From Strigamia acuminata (taxonomy: Eukaryota), in the NCBI GenBank assembly GCA_949358305.1, contig OX442314.1:17360001-17424000 (forward strand): a stretch of DNA of 64,000 nucleotides. Reading direction: 5' to 3'. Below, piece after piece: positions 41,395 to 53,115 of this stretch; position 1 is the stretch's first letter; each line of letters begins with the position of its first letter. Made by a program: the position numbers and the translations under genes. The notes below the pieces were generated by a model, which made no database searches, had not been told where the DNA came from, and worked only from the letters and a program-made list of their open reading frames with translations.

Positions 41395-43084
41395 CCGGAA
41401 AAGAGCTTATAATTTAAGGCGCTCTCACCTCTTATACTTGAGGATTACAGTCGGAATCCTCTTAATGTTTCTTTTCTCCATTTTTGGAGAAAAGTGAAAT
41501 TAATGCGCTGAAGCGGTTCAATGGCGATGCAAATATAAGACAACGGAACATTAAAAGACTCGAGTTGATCTCCACGTCCTATTTCGTGTCCAATTTGTGC
41601 CAAGAAGCGGACGCCGCGGCGAAGTTATTAAGTCGATGGGAGCGTTATTGTGTTTTTATTAATTTTATAAAAAGAAAAAAAGGAAAAAAAAGCCTACTTT
41701 GTTAAAACTGCTGATAAATAATTTATTTCCATTTTGTGTGAGGTTGGACCACGTACAAATTCCAGTGATATAACAGCTTTGTGATATTTTTAATTAATTA
41801 ATTAACTAATTAGTTAATTAATTATGCTACTTGCTGTTCTTGTTATTGCTATTGCTGTTTGTCACGCGCGCGTCCACGGCAAATACGAGGCTGAGTTTCG
41901 GATAAACGGCAGCCATGAATGCTCAAGTGAGAAATGCGTCCAACTACGTGGAATTTATATATCGACATGTTATAGTTTAGGTGAAGTAGAAGCAAAGGGT
42001 TTTTAGGAAGGGGTAGTGAGCTAAGAGAATACTGTGCGTTTTGTTGTGGTTGATCGTGCAGTGTTTTTATTTTTTAAAAATACAAATAAAAACGATTTTT
42101 ATTGCCAAATGTTTTTCTGATGGACTTTTGCATTTAGAGAAAAACAAAAAGTCTTAATATTTACTAATGTGACTTTTGGCACAAATATTAAGTGCGTTTA
42201 ATTAATTAATTAAGTGATTAATTGATTACTCAGTATTGTTGCTGTGAGATTTACATCTGAACTGCGAATGTTATGTCCTAATTTACTGTGAAATTTTAAT
42301 TAAAAAAACAATAATTTTAGATCTATATTTCAGAATAGACAGATACGAGAGCTGGAGCTATGTTGTTTTCTTAATTTCTTTTTTCAAATAAAACTTTTGA
42401 AAATTTTAGCGAATTTTTTGTCCTGTAAAGATCATAAAGTTAAAACGTAGCCAAAAAAAAGCAAGTCTGTCACTTGTTATTTTAATATAAACAAACTCAA
42501 AGAGATATTTTGTTGAGGTACATTTGTTTATGGAGCGTCATATGTATTTCAGTAAGAAAGTTTTCCCCTTTTGTAAAATGTTCCCAAACTATGAAGCACA
42601 CATTTCATATTTCGTTTAGAGAAATCATCTCCAAGTAGATGAATGTTACTTGGGTGTTGATAATAAATGTTATAAAGAGTTCTTTTTTTAAAAAATCCCG
42701 TGGTTTGTGTTTTTATTTATTTCTGACTCTTGCAAACACGCAATATATTAAATACATTAATCTCATTTTTACAGCAAGTTTATAAACTAAATGTTTACGC
42801 CCATAAAAAGTTTCCACGACATTAATTTTTTTTCTCTAAGAAATAAAATTGTTGCTTTTAACTTTGCAGTTTCAACTCAGTTTTGGTGTAATATATCATT
42901 CAAAAAATCAATAATAATAAAAACTTTTCTATTTTTATAATAACGGAAGTCTCGCCATCTAGTTATTAAAGATAGCAACTAAAATCAGAGCTGTTAAAAT
43001 TACTCAAAAGGTGTCAGTAGTGTTCTTCCCTGCTGGGTGCGCTCGGTGCGCTTGGTTTTGAAACGTAAACTACCTGGTAGAAAA

Positions 43085-44164
43085 ATGGCGTCTGATTCGG
43101 CGGTAATTGTTGATGCTTTGCCGTATATTGACCAAGGTTACGATGATCCTGGGGTCAGAGAAGCTGTAAGTTGTGGTGATACTTTCAATTTATTCTTTCC
43201 TCAATTTATCTATGCTTTTTGAAATTATATTTAGGCTTTAGCGATGGTAGAAGAGGAGACACGCCGATACAGACCCACTAAAAATTATTTGGATTATCTT
43301 CCAGCTCTACAATTAAGTACTTTTGAGGTAACTTTTACGCAAAAAGAAAAACGTGTGAATTTAACATTAGGTTTTTTAAATAGACCGATATTATGAAAAC
43401 TGAATTTGAGAGACTTCAAGCCCGATTACCAATGGAAATGCTCAGCATGAAACGGTAAACTTATACAATTTATGCAATTTAAATATTAAATTCGTATACT
43501 TTATATTGTTTATATAAACCATAGATACGAATTACCCCAACCACCACCAGGAAAAATGACAGATTTGATAGCATGGAGCGAATGTGTTGATAATTCAATG
43601 GCACAGTTGGAACATCAAGCAACACGGTCTTTACAAATTAATAAATATCACATTGATTCATAATATAATACGATTTACATTGTAGAATTGCCAATTTAGA
43701 GTTAATGTCGGAATATGGGTGCGAAGCTTGGAAAGTTTATAACGCAGTATTAGTTCAAATGCTGAATCAGGCACAACAACAACTACAGAATTTGAGGTAA
43801 ATTGTAAATTTTAATTAATAGAACAAAATAACTTATATTATGAATTAACACTTTAGGAAACATGTTCAAGAAGTGAACTGGCATCGTAAAAATGCCCAAA
43901 CACTTGCTGGTGAAAAGCTACGACATCTAGAAGCCAGGTACTAATTTGATAAGAAAGTGTTGGAAAAATAGGTTTTAATTTTTTTTCTTAATCTTCAGTT
44001 GGGTCGGCTTAGTGAGTAAAAACTACGAAATAGAACAAGCGTGTGCGGAAGTAGAAAAAGAGCTCAAACAAATGGAATATGAAAGAAATATTCAAGACAC
44101 AAGCAATTCAAAAATGGATGAAGATGAAGCTGAAAACAATGTTGAAACTGCAATGGAATCTTAA
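43085..44164 (+). CDS. BCAS2: Pre-mRNA-splicing factor SPF27/BCAS2, multi-exon
   Basis: [46 protein letters not shown]...LSMKRYELP...NSMAQLEHQ...[15 protein letters not shown] matches the known SPF27 sequence. Confidence 0.97.
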
Positions 44165-44458
44165 TGACTCACGAATATCTTTTTAATTTTTTTAAATATT
44201 TAATTTTCTAATAAACTTCTTTTGTGTACTGTCGAATCCATCTAAAAAGAAAATTTTAACAAAAACCAAAGCGTTAGTTTCATTTTATTGACACTAGATG
44301 TCGTGTTGAGTTAAAACCTTAACCCGGGTCGAATACAATCTTGATCTGTTGCGTTGACGTTGCGATTACCATGTTATCGTTTATGGCGTATTGGCAATCC
44401 ATGTGGCGTGGCGTACACATTATTTTATAATTTTACTTCGTATTGACAAGTGTAAACG

Positions 44459-47068
44459 ATGTCGTCTAGAGGCCTAGTTGACGCTGAATGTGGCGCTCCA
44501 AATGCTGTGGTCAGACTAGCACAGCATGTAGTCAGAGATCAAGCATTCAAACAAGTGAGAAGGAAATAATAAATACTCAATATAAAATACACGACTGCTT
44601 TTGTCTTCATTTTGTCAGGAATCATTTTCAGGTTTGGATGGACAAAGACGCGCAATTGTAAGAAATTTAATTCACTGAATTTAATTGTGGCATGAATTAA
44701 ACTTTTGTTCTCATAAAAACAGATCAATGGATATTCTACACCATTCACGGAGGATAAGGTTGGTTGTAATGATTCCGAATCGTTAAACTACGATTAACTT
44801 GACTTAACTGTTGCAGTTAGTGCAGGAATTTTTATCGCACGAACATGGAGCCGTATCGGCTGTTCCACAGACGTTTCACATGGGTCAACTCATACAGGAA
44901 ATGCAAATTATTGAACAACATCAACAAGCACATTTTCCACCTGGTAAAAGGAATATTTCTAGAATGTACGAACGTATATATTTATTTGGTTGCGTGACAT
45001 TACACAGCGGAAGCACATCTTCGAGCTTCTGCATGGACAAATGAATTTGTCGACAAACCCAACACAACTTCGGAATGCCGATGGGCGCAAGAATTTTTTG
45101 ATTTTCAAGAATCTGCACCGAGTTTACAAAATGCAGACAAATTAAACGATGGATCAGAAATTCGTGCGGAACAGTGGGTTGACGAATCTCTTAGCAAGAC
45201 AGCAGCTCAACTTCTGGATCAAGTTGATGACAAACAGTTTTCAAATTCTGAAGTAATAAATTAAGATTGACTAATTTAAACACGTATAAAATATTTGGTT
45301 TGATAGTTTATGAAATTCGTAGAAAAAATTAAAGACAAAGGAGAAGAACAAGTTGCATCTGAATGGGCTCGCGAGTTTCAGTCTGAAGGAGCAGAAGTAA
45401 AATATAAATTATAATGATCTGCATTTCCTGAACGTAAACACAAATTATTGTACATTTTAAATATTTAAGGGTACTGGTGAAGCTAGTGCATGGACACGTG
45501 AATTTAGTGACACTCAAGTAGAAGATCTACCCAACAACGGACGAGATTTTTGGGACCAGTTGCAACAAGAATGGGAAAAATTAGCAAAGTAAAAATGATA
45601 AGAAAATAAACATTTATTTTGTTAATTCTTTATTAATATAATTTTTATTTCTAGGGGTGATCATATTGGTGAACACCCTTGGTTATCAGATTTCAAAGAA
45701 GTAACCAGTCAACTACATGTAAGATAATTACAAATTTAGTTAATTTTTAAACAATTTAACTGTAACTTTTATGAAATTTGTTTTAGGAATATAAATTTGA
45801 AGACGAGAATCCAACCACAGAGCATCCATCACCATTTGAAGCTGGACTGGAGAAATTAAAAGAAGGAAATTTACCAAGTGCTATTCTTTTTTTCGAAGCT
45901 GCGGTACAACGTGATCCTCAACACACACAAGTGCGCATATTTTTGTTTTTTTTTAAATATTATTTTTAATGATTACGATTATAATGGTAGGCATGGCATT
46001 ATTTGGGAACAACACATGCAGAAAACGAACAGGATCCTCAAGCAATTGCTGCACTCAAACGGTTTGGAATTAAACAATTATAATTTTTAATTAAATTTTA
46101 AATTAAATCATAATAAAATATACATTTTTGAAAATGATGTTTTAGTTGTTTGGATTTGGATCCTGCAAACATCAAAGCTTGGATGTCTGTAGCAGTAAGC
46201 TATACCAATGAATCGTACCAAGAACAGGCTTGTCATTCGTTGGCATCGTGGATTGCTGTTCATCCGCAGTATAAGCACCTTGCTGACAATTTACATTCAC
46301 CTCCTGGGAATGCTAACGTATCTTCCATTATGAATAAGTAAGTGAATCTATTGTGTATTGTGCTTATAAATTGTTAATAAATTTTTTTTTTCAAGGGAAT
46401 TGTATCAACGAATAATGAATATGTATTTAGCAGCAGCTCAACTAAATACTGCAGAGCCCGATCCAGATGTTCAATGTGGTTTGGGTGTTTTGCTCAATTT
46501 AAGCGGCGATTACGATAAAGCAGTTGATTGCTTTCGCGCAGCTTTAAATATGCGGCCTAATGTTCGTTTGAATTTGAAATGTTACGATTGAAATTAATCC
46601 GATTTACTGCGTTTCAGGATGCGCTTCTTTGGAATCGGTTGGGTGCAACATTGGCCAATAGTAATCGATCTGAAGAAGCTATTTCGGCCTATTACCGTGC
46701 CTTGGAAATTGCACCGGGATTTATACGATCACGATACAACTTGGGAATCAGTTGTAATAGTTTGGGTGCTCATCGGTACACACGAACAAATAATTATTTA
46801 AATTATGACTGATTAATAATTTCTGCAAATTCTCTTTTTTTGTAACCACAGGGAAAGTATTGAGCATTTTCTGTCAGCTTTGAATACTCAAGCATCTGGA
46901 TGTGCTGGGTTCCAGAAAAGCTCATCTGCTGTATCCGATAACATTTGGTCAACAATGCGTATGGTTTTGTCATTGATGAACAGATATGATTTGCACCCAG
47001 CTGTCGACTCACGAGATTTACGAAGGTTAAACCAAGAATTTCCGAGTGACAGTGATGGTGCACTGTGA
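44459..47068 (+). CDS. PEX5: Peroxisomal targeting signal 1 receptor, multi-exon
   Basis: N-terminal [10 protein letters not shown] with the conserved Cys, several WxxxF motifs (WTNEF, WAQEF, WAREF, WTREF), and TPR repeats ([69 protein letters not shown]). Confidence 0.97.
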
Positions 47069-47696
47069 GAAATATTGTTTTTTTTTTTTATATTTCTGTG
47101 TAGTTAAAACATGGAATTTCTCAATCTAAGGCAAAAAAATATATTTATATATACCATAAGTTTTTTAATGTGTAAAAAATGCATGAATGGTTTTTAAATC
47201 CGGTTTTGACACTCGTCCAACTTCTCTGCACTTAGTATTCAGCAAGGATGAATGTAACATCCTTGGTACGTACTTTGTATTGTATTAGTGTTACGAGAAA
47301 TAAAAAAACGATAAAAAGTTTCTTTGTACGCCTCCCAGTGATGAAATTTGTAAGTCTCAGTAAAATGTCTTTTACATCCGGTTACATTTCCTGTTCCGAG
47401 CAAAGTCGGGGTCAGTTTCAATTCGGTCCGTGTTTTGTTTGTGTATTGTTTAGTTTAACTGGATTTGCCTGTCACTCGTTCATCAGCTTTTGTATTTATA
47501 AACAACAACCGACGCGATAACTGATTTTCGAGCAAATAAAGGATGAATATGGAAGACAGGTAGTGCGAAGAGCAAATGCATCGTTAAGAGAGCACCATAG
47601 ATTTTAGTTTTTATATAAGGTAAATAAGTTTGTTTAAGAGCAGCTTGCAAGTTGAAGGCAATTATTTTAATGTGTTGAGGTATTTCAGTTTCGACG

Positions 47697-49140
47697 ATGT
47701 TAACTGCGCGTCTAAGAAATGGTAAATTTCGCATTTTATCATCGCTGATATTGTGCGTTTGTTTTATTCTCGCATTTGGCTTGTTAAGAAATGTGCATAT
47801 AAAACTAAACGAAGCCAGAGAAACTTCGGAAAAATGTCATCAAAAGTATGAAAGCCTCGCAGCTCAGTTACAAGGTATATATTCATATTTTTTTTCACTA
47901 TATAATATTATGTAGATGTATTTCCATTCAAACTCTGTAATTAAAATAGTTATGAGCGAACACAAGAGCAGATTGGAACAATCTCTACAGCTTGAAATAC
48001 AACAACATAAAAAAACGAGAGAAGACTTAGAAAAACATTATCAACAAATCCATGACAAAGAAAAGGTTCGTATCGATGTCAAATTGTGTCCTAGATAATT
48101 TATTCATGCGTGTATATAATATTTGCAGATAGAAGCCACTAACAGGTTCAATTCTTTACAACAACAATACAAGATGACGGAAACCCAAATTGAAGATATG
48201 AAAGATGAAATGGAAAAGCTACAACAGTTTAACAACAATTTATTAGATGAAAAGCAACAACTAAATGACAAATTAGTTGAGCAAATACAAACTCAGAAAC
48301 TAAATGAGAATCAACTAGAGAAATTTAGAATTGCAAATAGTGATTGCAAAATTCACCTCGAAACTACAAATTACGAAATGCAGAATGTCAAATTAAGTTT
48401 GGCCAGGAAAAAAGTACACATTCCCAATTTCGAAGATGAAAAGTCACAAACTAATTATTTCTATTCACTCGGTTAGGACCAATTAGCTGCTTGCACAAAG
48501 GATGGCAAACAAGTGGCGATAACTGAATTACTTAGTACAAACAAAACGTCTAGCATAAATGATATTAGCATTTTATCACTCGAGCAAAATAAAATGAGCG
48601 ATAACAAAACGGATAGAGTGAAAAGAAACGATATTCTAGACAAAGTATGAAATTTTAAATTATTCATTCGAAATAAGTAGGTTATATTTTTTATTTAATT
48701 CATTTCAGGGTAAGAAAAGTGAGGTGAAAAATGATGATGGCCTCGATAATAAACCGAACGATGAAACCTTGCAGCAATTGGCCCCACCTAATCCGCCTAT
48801 TGCAGTTAATCCGGAAGCGTGAGTTCAAAAATAATCCTTAAACCCTTTTCCGATAGTTGAAATTAACATTTAAACCTCAGATTAAACCTAAACCGGAAAC
48901 CTGACGAAGGCGAAGAAGCAAATCTTGCTGTCCAAGAAGAATTCCGAGCTAATGGTTTGGAGCAACAAGAAAACGGCGAAGACCAAGACTTGGACAACAT
49001 GGAAGATGAAGGTGAAGGTGCCGGTGTTGCCAAACGAAAGGAGGAAGGAAAAGTGTTTGAGGATGCAGATTTTGACCAGGTAAAACCAATTGGAATGGAA
49101 ATAAAACTATTCTCATTGTACTAATCCTAAGGTTCTCTAG
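47697..49140 (+). CDS. GOLIM4: Golgi integral membrane protein 4-like type II membrane protein, multi-exon
   Basis: Short basic N-terminus, one transmembrane helix, ESLAAQLQ/VMSEHKSRLEQSLQLE (GOLIM4-like), coiled coil and acidic tail. The stop is at 49140 if the last intron is spliced, or 49124 if not. Confidence 0.8.
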
Positions 49141-49262
49141 ATCGAATGGCATTGAAATTTTACCGGTGAATTTCTATTGAAAGGACAATGAACCTGGTGT
49201 AAACTCATCAACTTCAGCACAATTTTTTTTACCTTAGAATTGAATACCATTGAAATACTACT

Positions 49263-51898
49263 TTATTTTAATTTCAATTTCTTTTGCATAAAACTTTTAG
49301 TAGCTGGTTTTGTCCTCTTTTTCATCGGTTTTTTGGTAACTTTCATCGAAGTTTGACCGATTTCCTTCCCGTTTTTCTTTGTGTGCAGTTGCGGTGGAGA
49401 TTTACCAGATTTACCAAGATCTACAAGATAAAAGTGTCTTAGAAAACTGTCAAGACTATACAAATATTAGTCACATCTCACCTTTATCGTCAGAAATCGA
49501 CTCTGACTGAACTTCTTCATCGGAGTCCTCCATGGGAGCAGCCAAATCTGATATTGCGATAATATTACATTATTTAATTGGATTTATTTGGCAACATTAA
49601 ATTATATTTACTTTTCTGGGGTATTTCATTAGAGAACTTCTTTAGTTTACAAATATAAAATCCATCCATGTTAGTTGTGTGTGGATAAATCCTTTTTGAA
49701 AGCTTGATGGAAGCGTTAAATCTGTGCTCGCAATGTCTAAAAAACAAAACAAAACAAAAAATAAAATTGTAAGTAAGATGTACAAAAGCGCATCTTACTT
49801 TTGACGGCCATTGGCACCCATTTTCAATCCGGTATCTACAACTTTGACATTTCTTTTTTTCAATGCGTAATCAATAACAGCTTCGTTCTCTTCCACCTAG
49901 CCGTAATTTGCTTTTATAATTATTATGTTCAAATTTCATTCATTTAACTATCTACTTACCAATATGGAACACGTCGAATACACGACGTAGCCTCCTGTTT
50001 TGGAATTTGCATCCACACAGTCAATGGCTGCTAAAAGCAATTCCCTTTGCAGATGGCTGCAACGTTGAACATCCTTTTTATCCTGAAATATATAAAAATC
50101 ATTTTAATTAAATGAAACGTAAATAAATGTAGCTTAATTATTTTTTTTTTTACTTTATTAATTTTTACGGATGGATCTTTTGCAATGACGCCAGTACCAC
50201 TGCACGGAGCATCTAATAACACGCGATCAAACCCTTTCATAATTTGTGGGAATTTTTTGCCATTTTGTGTACAGATTACTGCATTTGTTACTCCTAATCT
50301 GTGGAAATTTCCGACAAGAGCCTTTGATCGCTCAACATTGGCATCGTTAGCAAACAAGACACCAGTATTTTTCATCAAAGCAGCTATAAAACATAAAAAT
50401 CGTTAGAATAATCAGAAAAGGCATTCAAATTGAAGAAAAAAAACAACCTATATATGTCGCCTTTCCTCCGGGAGCCGAGCACATGTCTAATATCTTTTCA
50501 TTTTCTCTCGGCGCTAAAGCCATAACCGGAAGAAAACTCGATGGTCCTTGGATGATGTAATGACCAGCTAAATATTCCGGCGTGGCTCCTAAATGTACAG
50601 AATGAATTTATTTATTCATAATTATCGAACTTAAAGATGTTTCAACGTTACCTATTGGCACTTGGGAATCGTAAATTACAAGTCCAACTTTAGTCCAATC
50701 ACCTAATGGATCTAACCTTACACCACGATTGATGAGTGCCTGGAAGTTAAAGACATACCGTTAATATTTCAAAAGATAAATTAATTAAATTAATACAACT
50801 TACTTGTGCTAAATCACGACGTCTAGATTTCAAAGTGTTAGTTCTAATTGTAATCGGTCTCTGCACTTCATTTGCTTCTAAAAATTCAATTAACTGAAAA
50901 AAAAAAAATTAAAATTAAATAACGAAATGTCTTAACAACTTCCAAGTTTAAAATTACTTCTGATAGTGGAAAGAGTTGCATAAGCTTATCGAGTAAAAAT
51001 TCATTGTAGCTGTAATAAGCACAGAGATCCGTCTTCAGTATACTGAGGTAATCTTTTCTCGTCCTAACTCCATCCTTTCTTTTGTTGAAATCTTCTAGCA
51101 CAAAGACTACATCCTTTATCCTTTGATGAATGCCTTCCAGATCTAGTGCCGACTGATCATCGGTTTTCACCAAATTGGTTTTAAGTTCCTCTTCTTTCAA
51201 TATTCTAAAATAAAAATATATTAGCCCCATAATTTATCATTTATATTTTCTTATTTACTCATTTGTTTCTGCTTTGTTTTCTTCGGTTTCCTCTTCAGAT
51301 TCGCTGTCCGAATCAATATCGGCGGCTTGTGGATACTAAAATGTACATCTATTAATATTCGTGCACATTGTTAATAAAATGTAAGCTTACCAAGTGTCCA
51401 AAAGGACCATCCTCGTCATCACTCATTTCAAAATTATCTTTGTTGTCATCATCGTCTCCTTCCTCATCCGACAAATTCAAAGGAATTTTTTTTTCAATTT
51501 CTTCATCTTCATTTTCAGATTCTTCAGACTCTTGAGATTTTTCAGAATCTATGGCTTTAACTTCAGTCTTGTCAGAAAAGGTAACTCTCTTCTTCTTGTT
51601 TGTGTTTTTCCCATTTAATTTATTCGTATCTTTTCTAATTTCCGAATAAATGTCGCTCTTATTGCCTTTTATCGCAGCCACAGCTTTCTTTTTATCAATA
51701 CCGGGCAGTAGTTTCTTCTTTTTCCTTCTTTTAAATTGATCATCTGAAATATCGAGTGCATGAAACACGTGCTATTCATTTGATAGCTGATTTAAGCATA
51801 CCTTTCAATATTTTGGGTACAGATGGTGGTTTTTGTTTCTTAGCTTTTCGCCCCGGTCCTTTTTTAACCTTTTCGTCCCAATTTCCTTTTCTTCCCAT
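49263..51898 (-). CDS. NOP2: 28S rRNA m5C methyltransferase NOP2/NSUN1, multi-exon
   Basis: [68 protein letters not shown] and [13 protein letters not shown]. Confidence 0.97.
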
Positions 51899-52625
51899 TT
51901 CTTTTTGTCTTCGGAAACTTGATTAACGGCAGTAATCACTTCTCGCACGGTCCAAAATTGTCAGCCATGTTGTTTTGACAACGTGCGTCGAAAATTTGAT
52001 TTTGAATTACTCCGATTGGTCCAAGGACAAAATCAGAGTAGCGCCATCTCGTGGCAGTTTTCTTGCTACCAGTAGTTTAGTTACGCAACAAATGTAATCT
52101 CGGCTGAACGAAGTGAAGCGGAGCGAAGCGGAGCGAACGAGTGAAAGCCGATAGCATTCACTCGTGTAATTGGAGGTTTAACAGGAGATGGCGCTACTAG
52201 TCGGGTTACGTCAGTCTTAAAAGCTATATCCTGGAAAAAAGGAAGTGAAGGAAAAAATGGAGTCAACAACAGCACCGAGTTGACGGTAAGCGTATTTACG
52301 ATATTTCTTAATTATAAGCGTTAGAGTGTAACTAAAAGTTATTAGCTGGAGGTAAATGGAGACCAAATGAATTAGTTGTGACAAGGGAGGATGTGGTGGG
52401 TCCTGTTAAACCTCCAATTACACGAGTGAATGCTATCGGCTTTCACTCGTTCGCTCCGCTTCGCTCCGCTTCACTTCGTTCAGCCGAGATTACATTCACT
52501 CTTTGTAATCTCCGGCTAAACAGGAGACTTGAAAGGTAACTTTTTTCCATAGGATAAAAATAAAAATGTTTTGGAAAAAACAAGTTTAACAATTTTTCAG
52601 TTTAATCATTTTTTATTTTATGAAA

Positions 52626-53115
52626 TTATTTTGGAATCGGTCTGTTTAGGACTGATTCTTGAAAAGCATTGTGGTTGACAATAGTTTTGTTGTAGAACCT
52701 CGCGAATGTTTGTTCGGAGGTCCAACCGGCAACACCTAATATTTGTTGCACCGGAATAACACTGGCGGCTGCACTGGTGGCCGCAGCTCGCGTCGAATGA
52801 GCACCGAACTCTTGACGGTAAACCGTATGGTGACCCGCACGAGAATCTTGTGCATAGTTTTGGAGTTGAAAATTACAGCGTCGGTTGACACTGTCATTTC
52901 CGAGGTTTTCAATTGTTGCAGTGAGCTTACTCTAGCTGCAGTAGTTAAGCAAGCAGAATAAGTGTCTTTTCTTGTAGACATATCCAATCTAAGTTGTCGT
53001 GTGGCCAGAGTTTGCGCAATTCGTTGAGAGCCAAACCCACATCCCATGTTGCCACGTACCGTGGCAGACTAGGTCGTAAATTAGTAACTCCTTTTAGAGT
53101 GCGAACTACTATTAG
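52626..53115 (-). pseudogene. DIRS-type tyrosine recombinase, frameshifted and internally deleted
   Basis: Three frames stitched together give LKGVTNLRPSLPRYVATWDVGLALNELRKLWPHDNLDWICLQEKTLILLA/LTTAARVSSLQQLK...MHK/...FGAHSTRAAATSAAASVIPVQQILGVAGWTSEQTFARFYNK. The catalytic R, HxxR (52788-52799), W and Y are all present. Confidence 0.92.

Noticed and set aside
41790..41824. AT-only palindromic tract (TTAA)n in the ABCG 3' region
   Set aside because: Low complexity, so self-complementarity is trivial.
52091..52496. Stand-alone MITE with 96-bp terminal inverted repeats
   Set aside because: The second arm runs directly into sequence complementary to 56844-56877 and a YR lies adjacent. It is the DIRS right end plus ICR.
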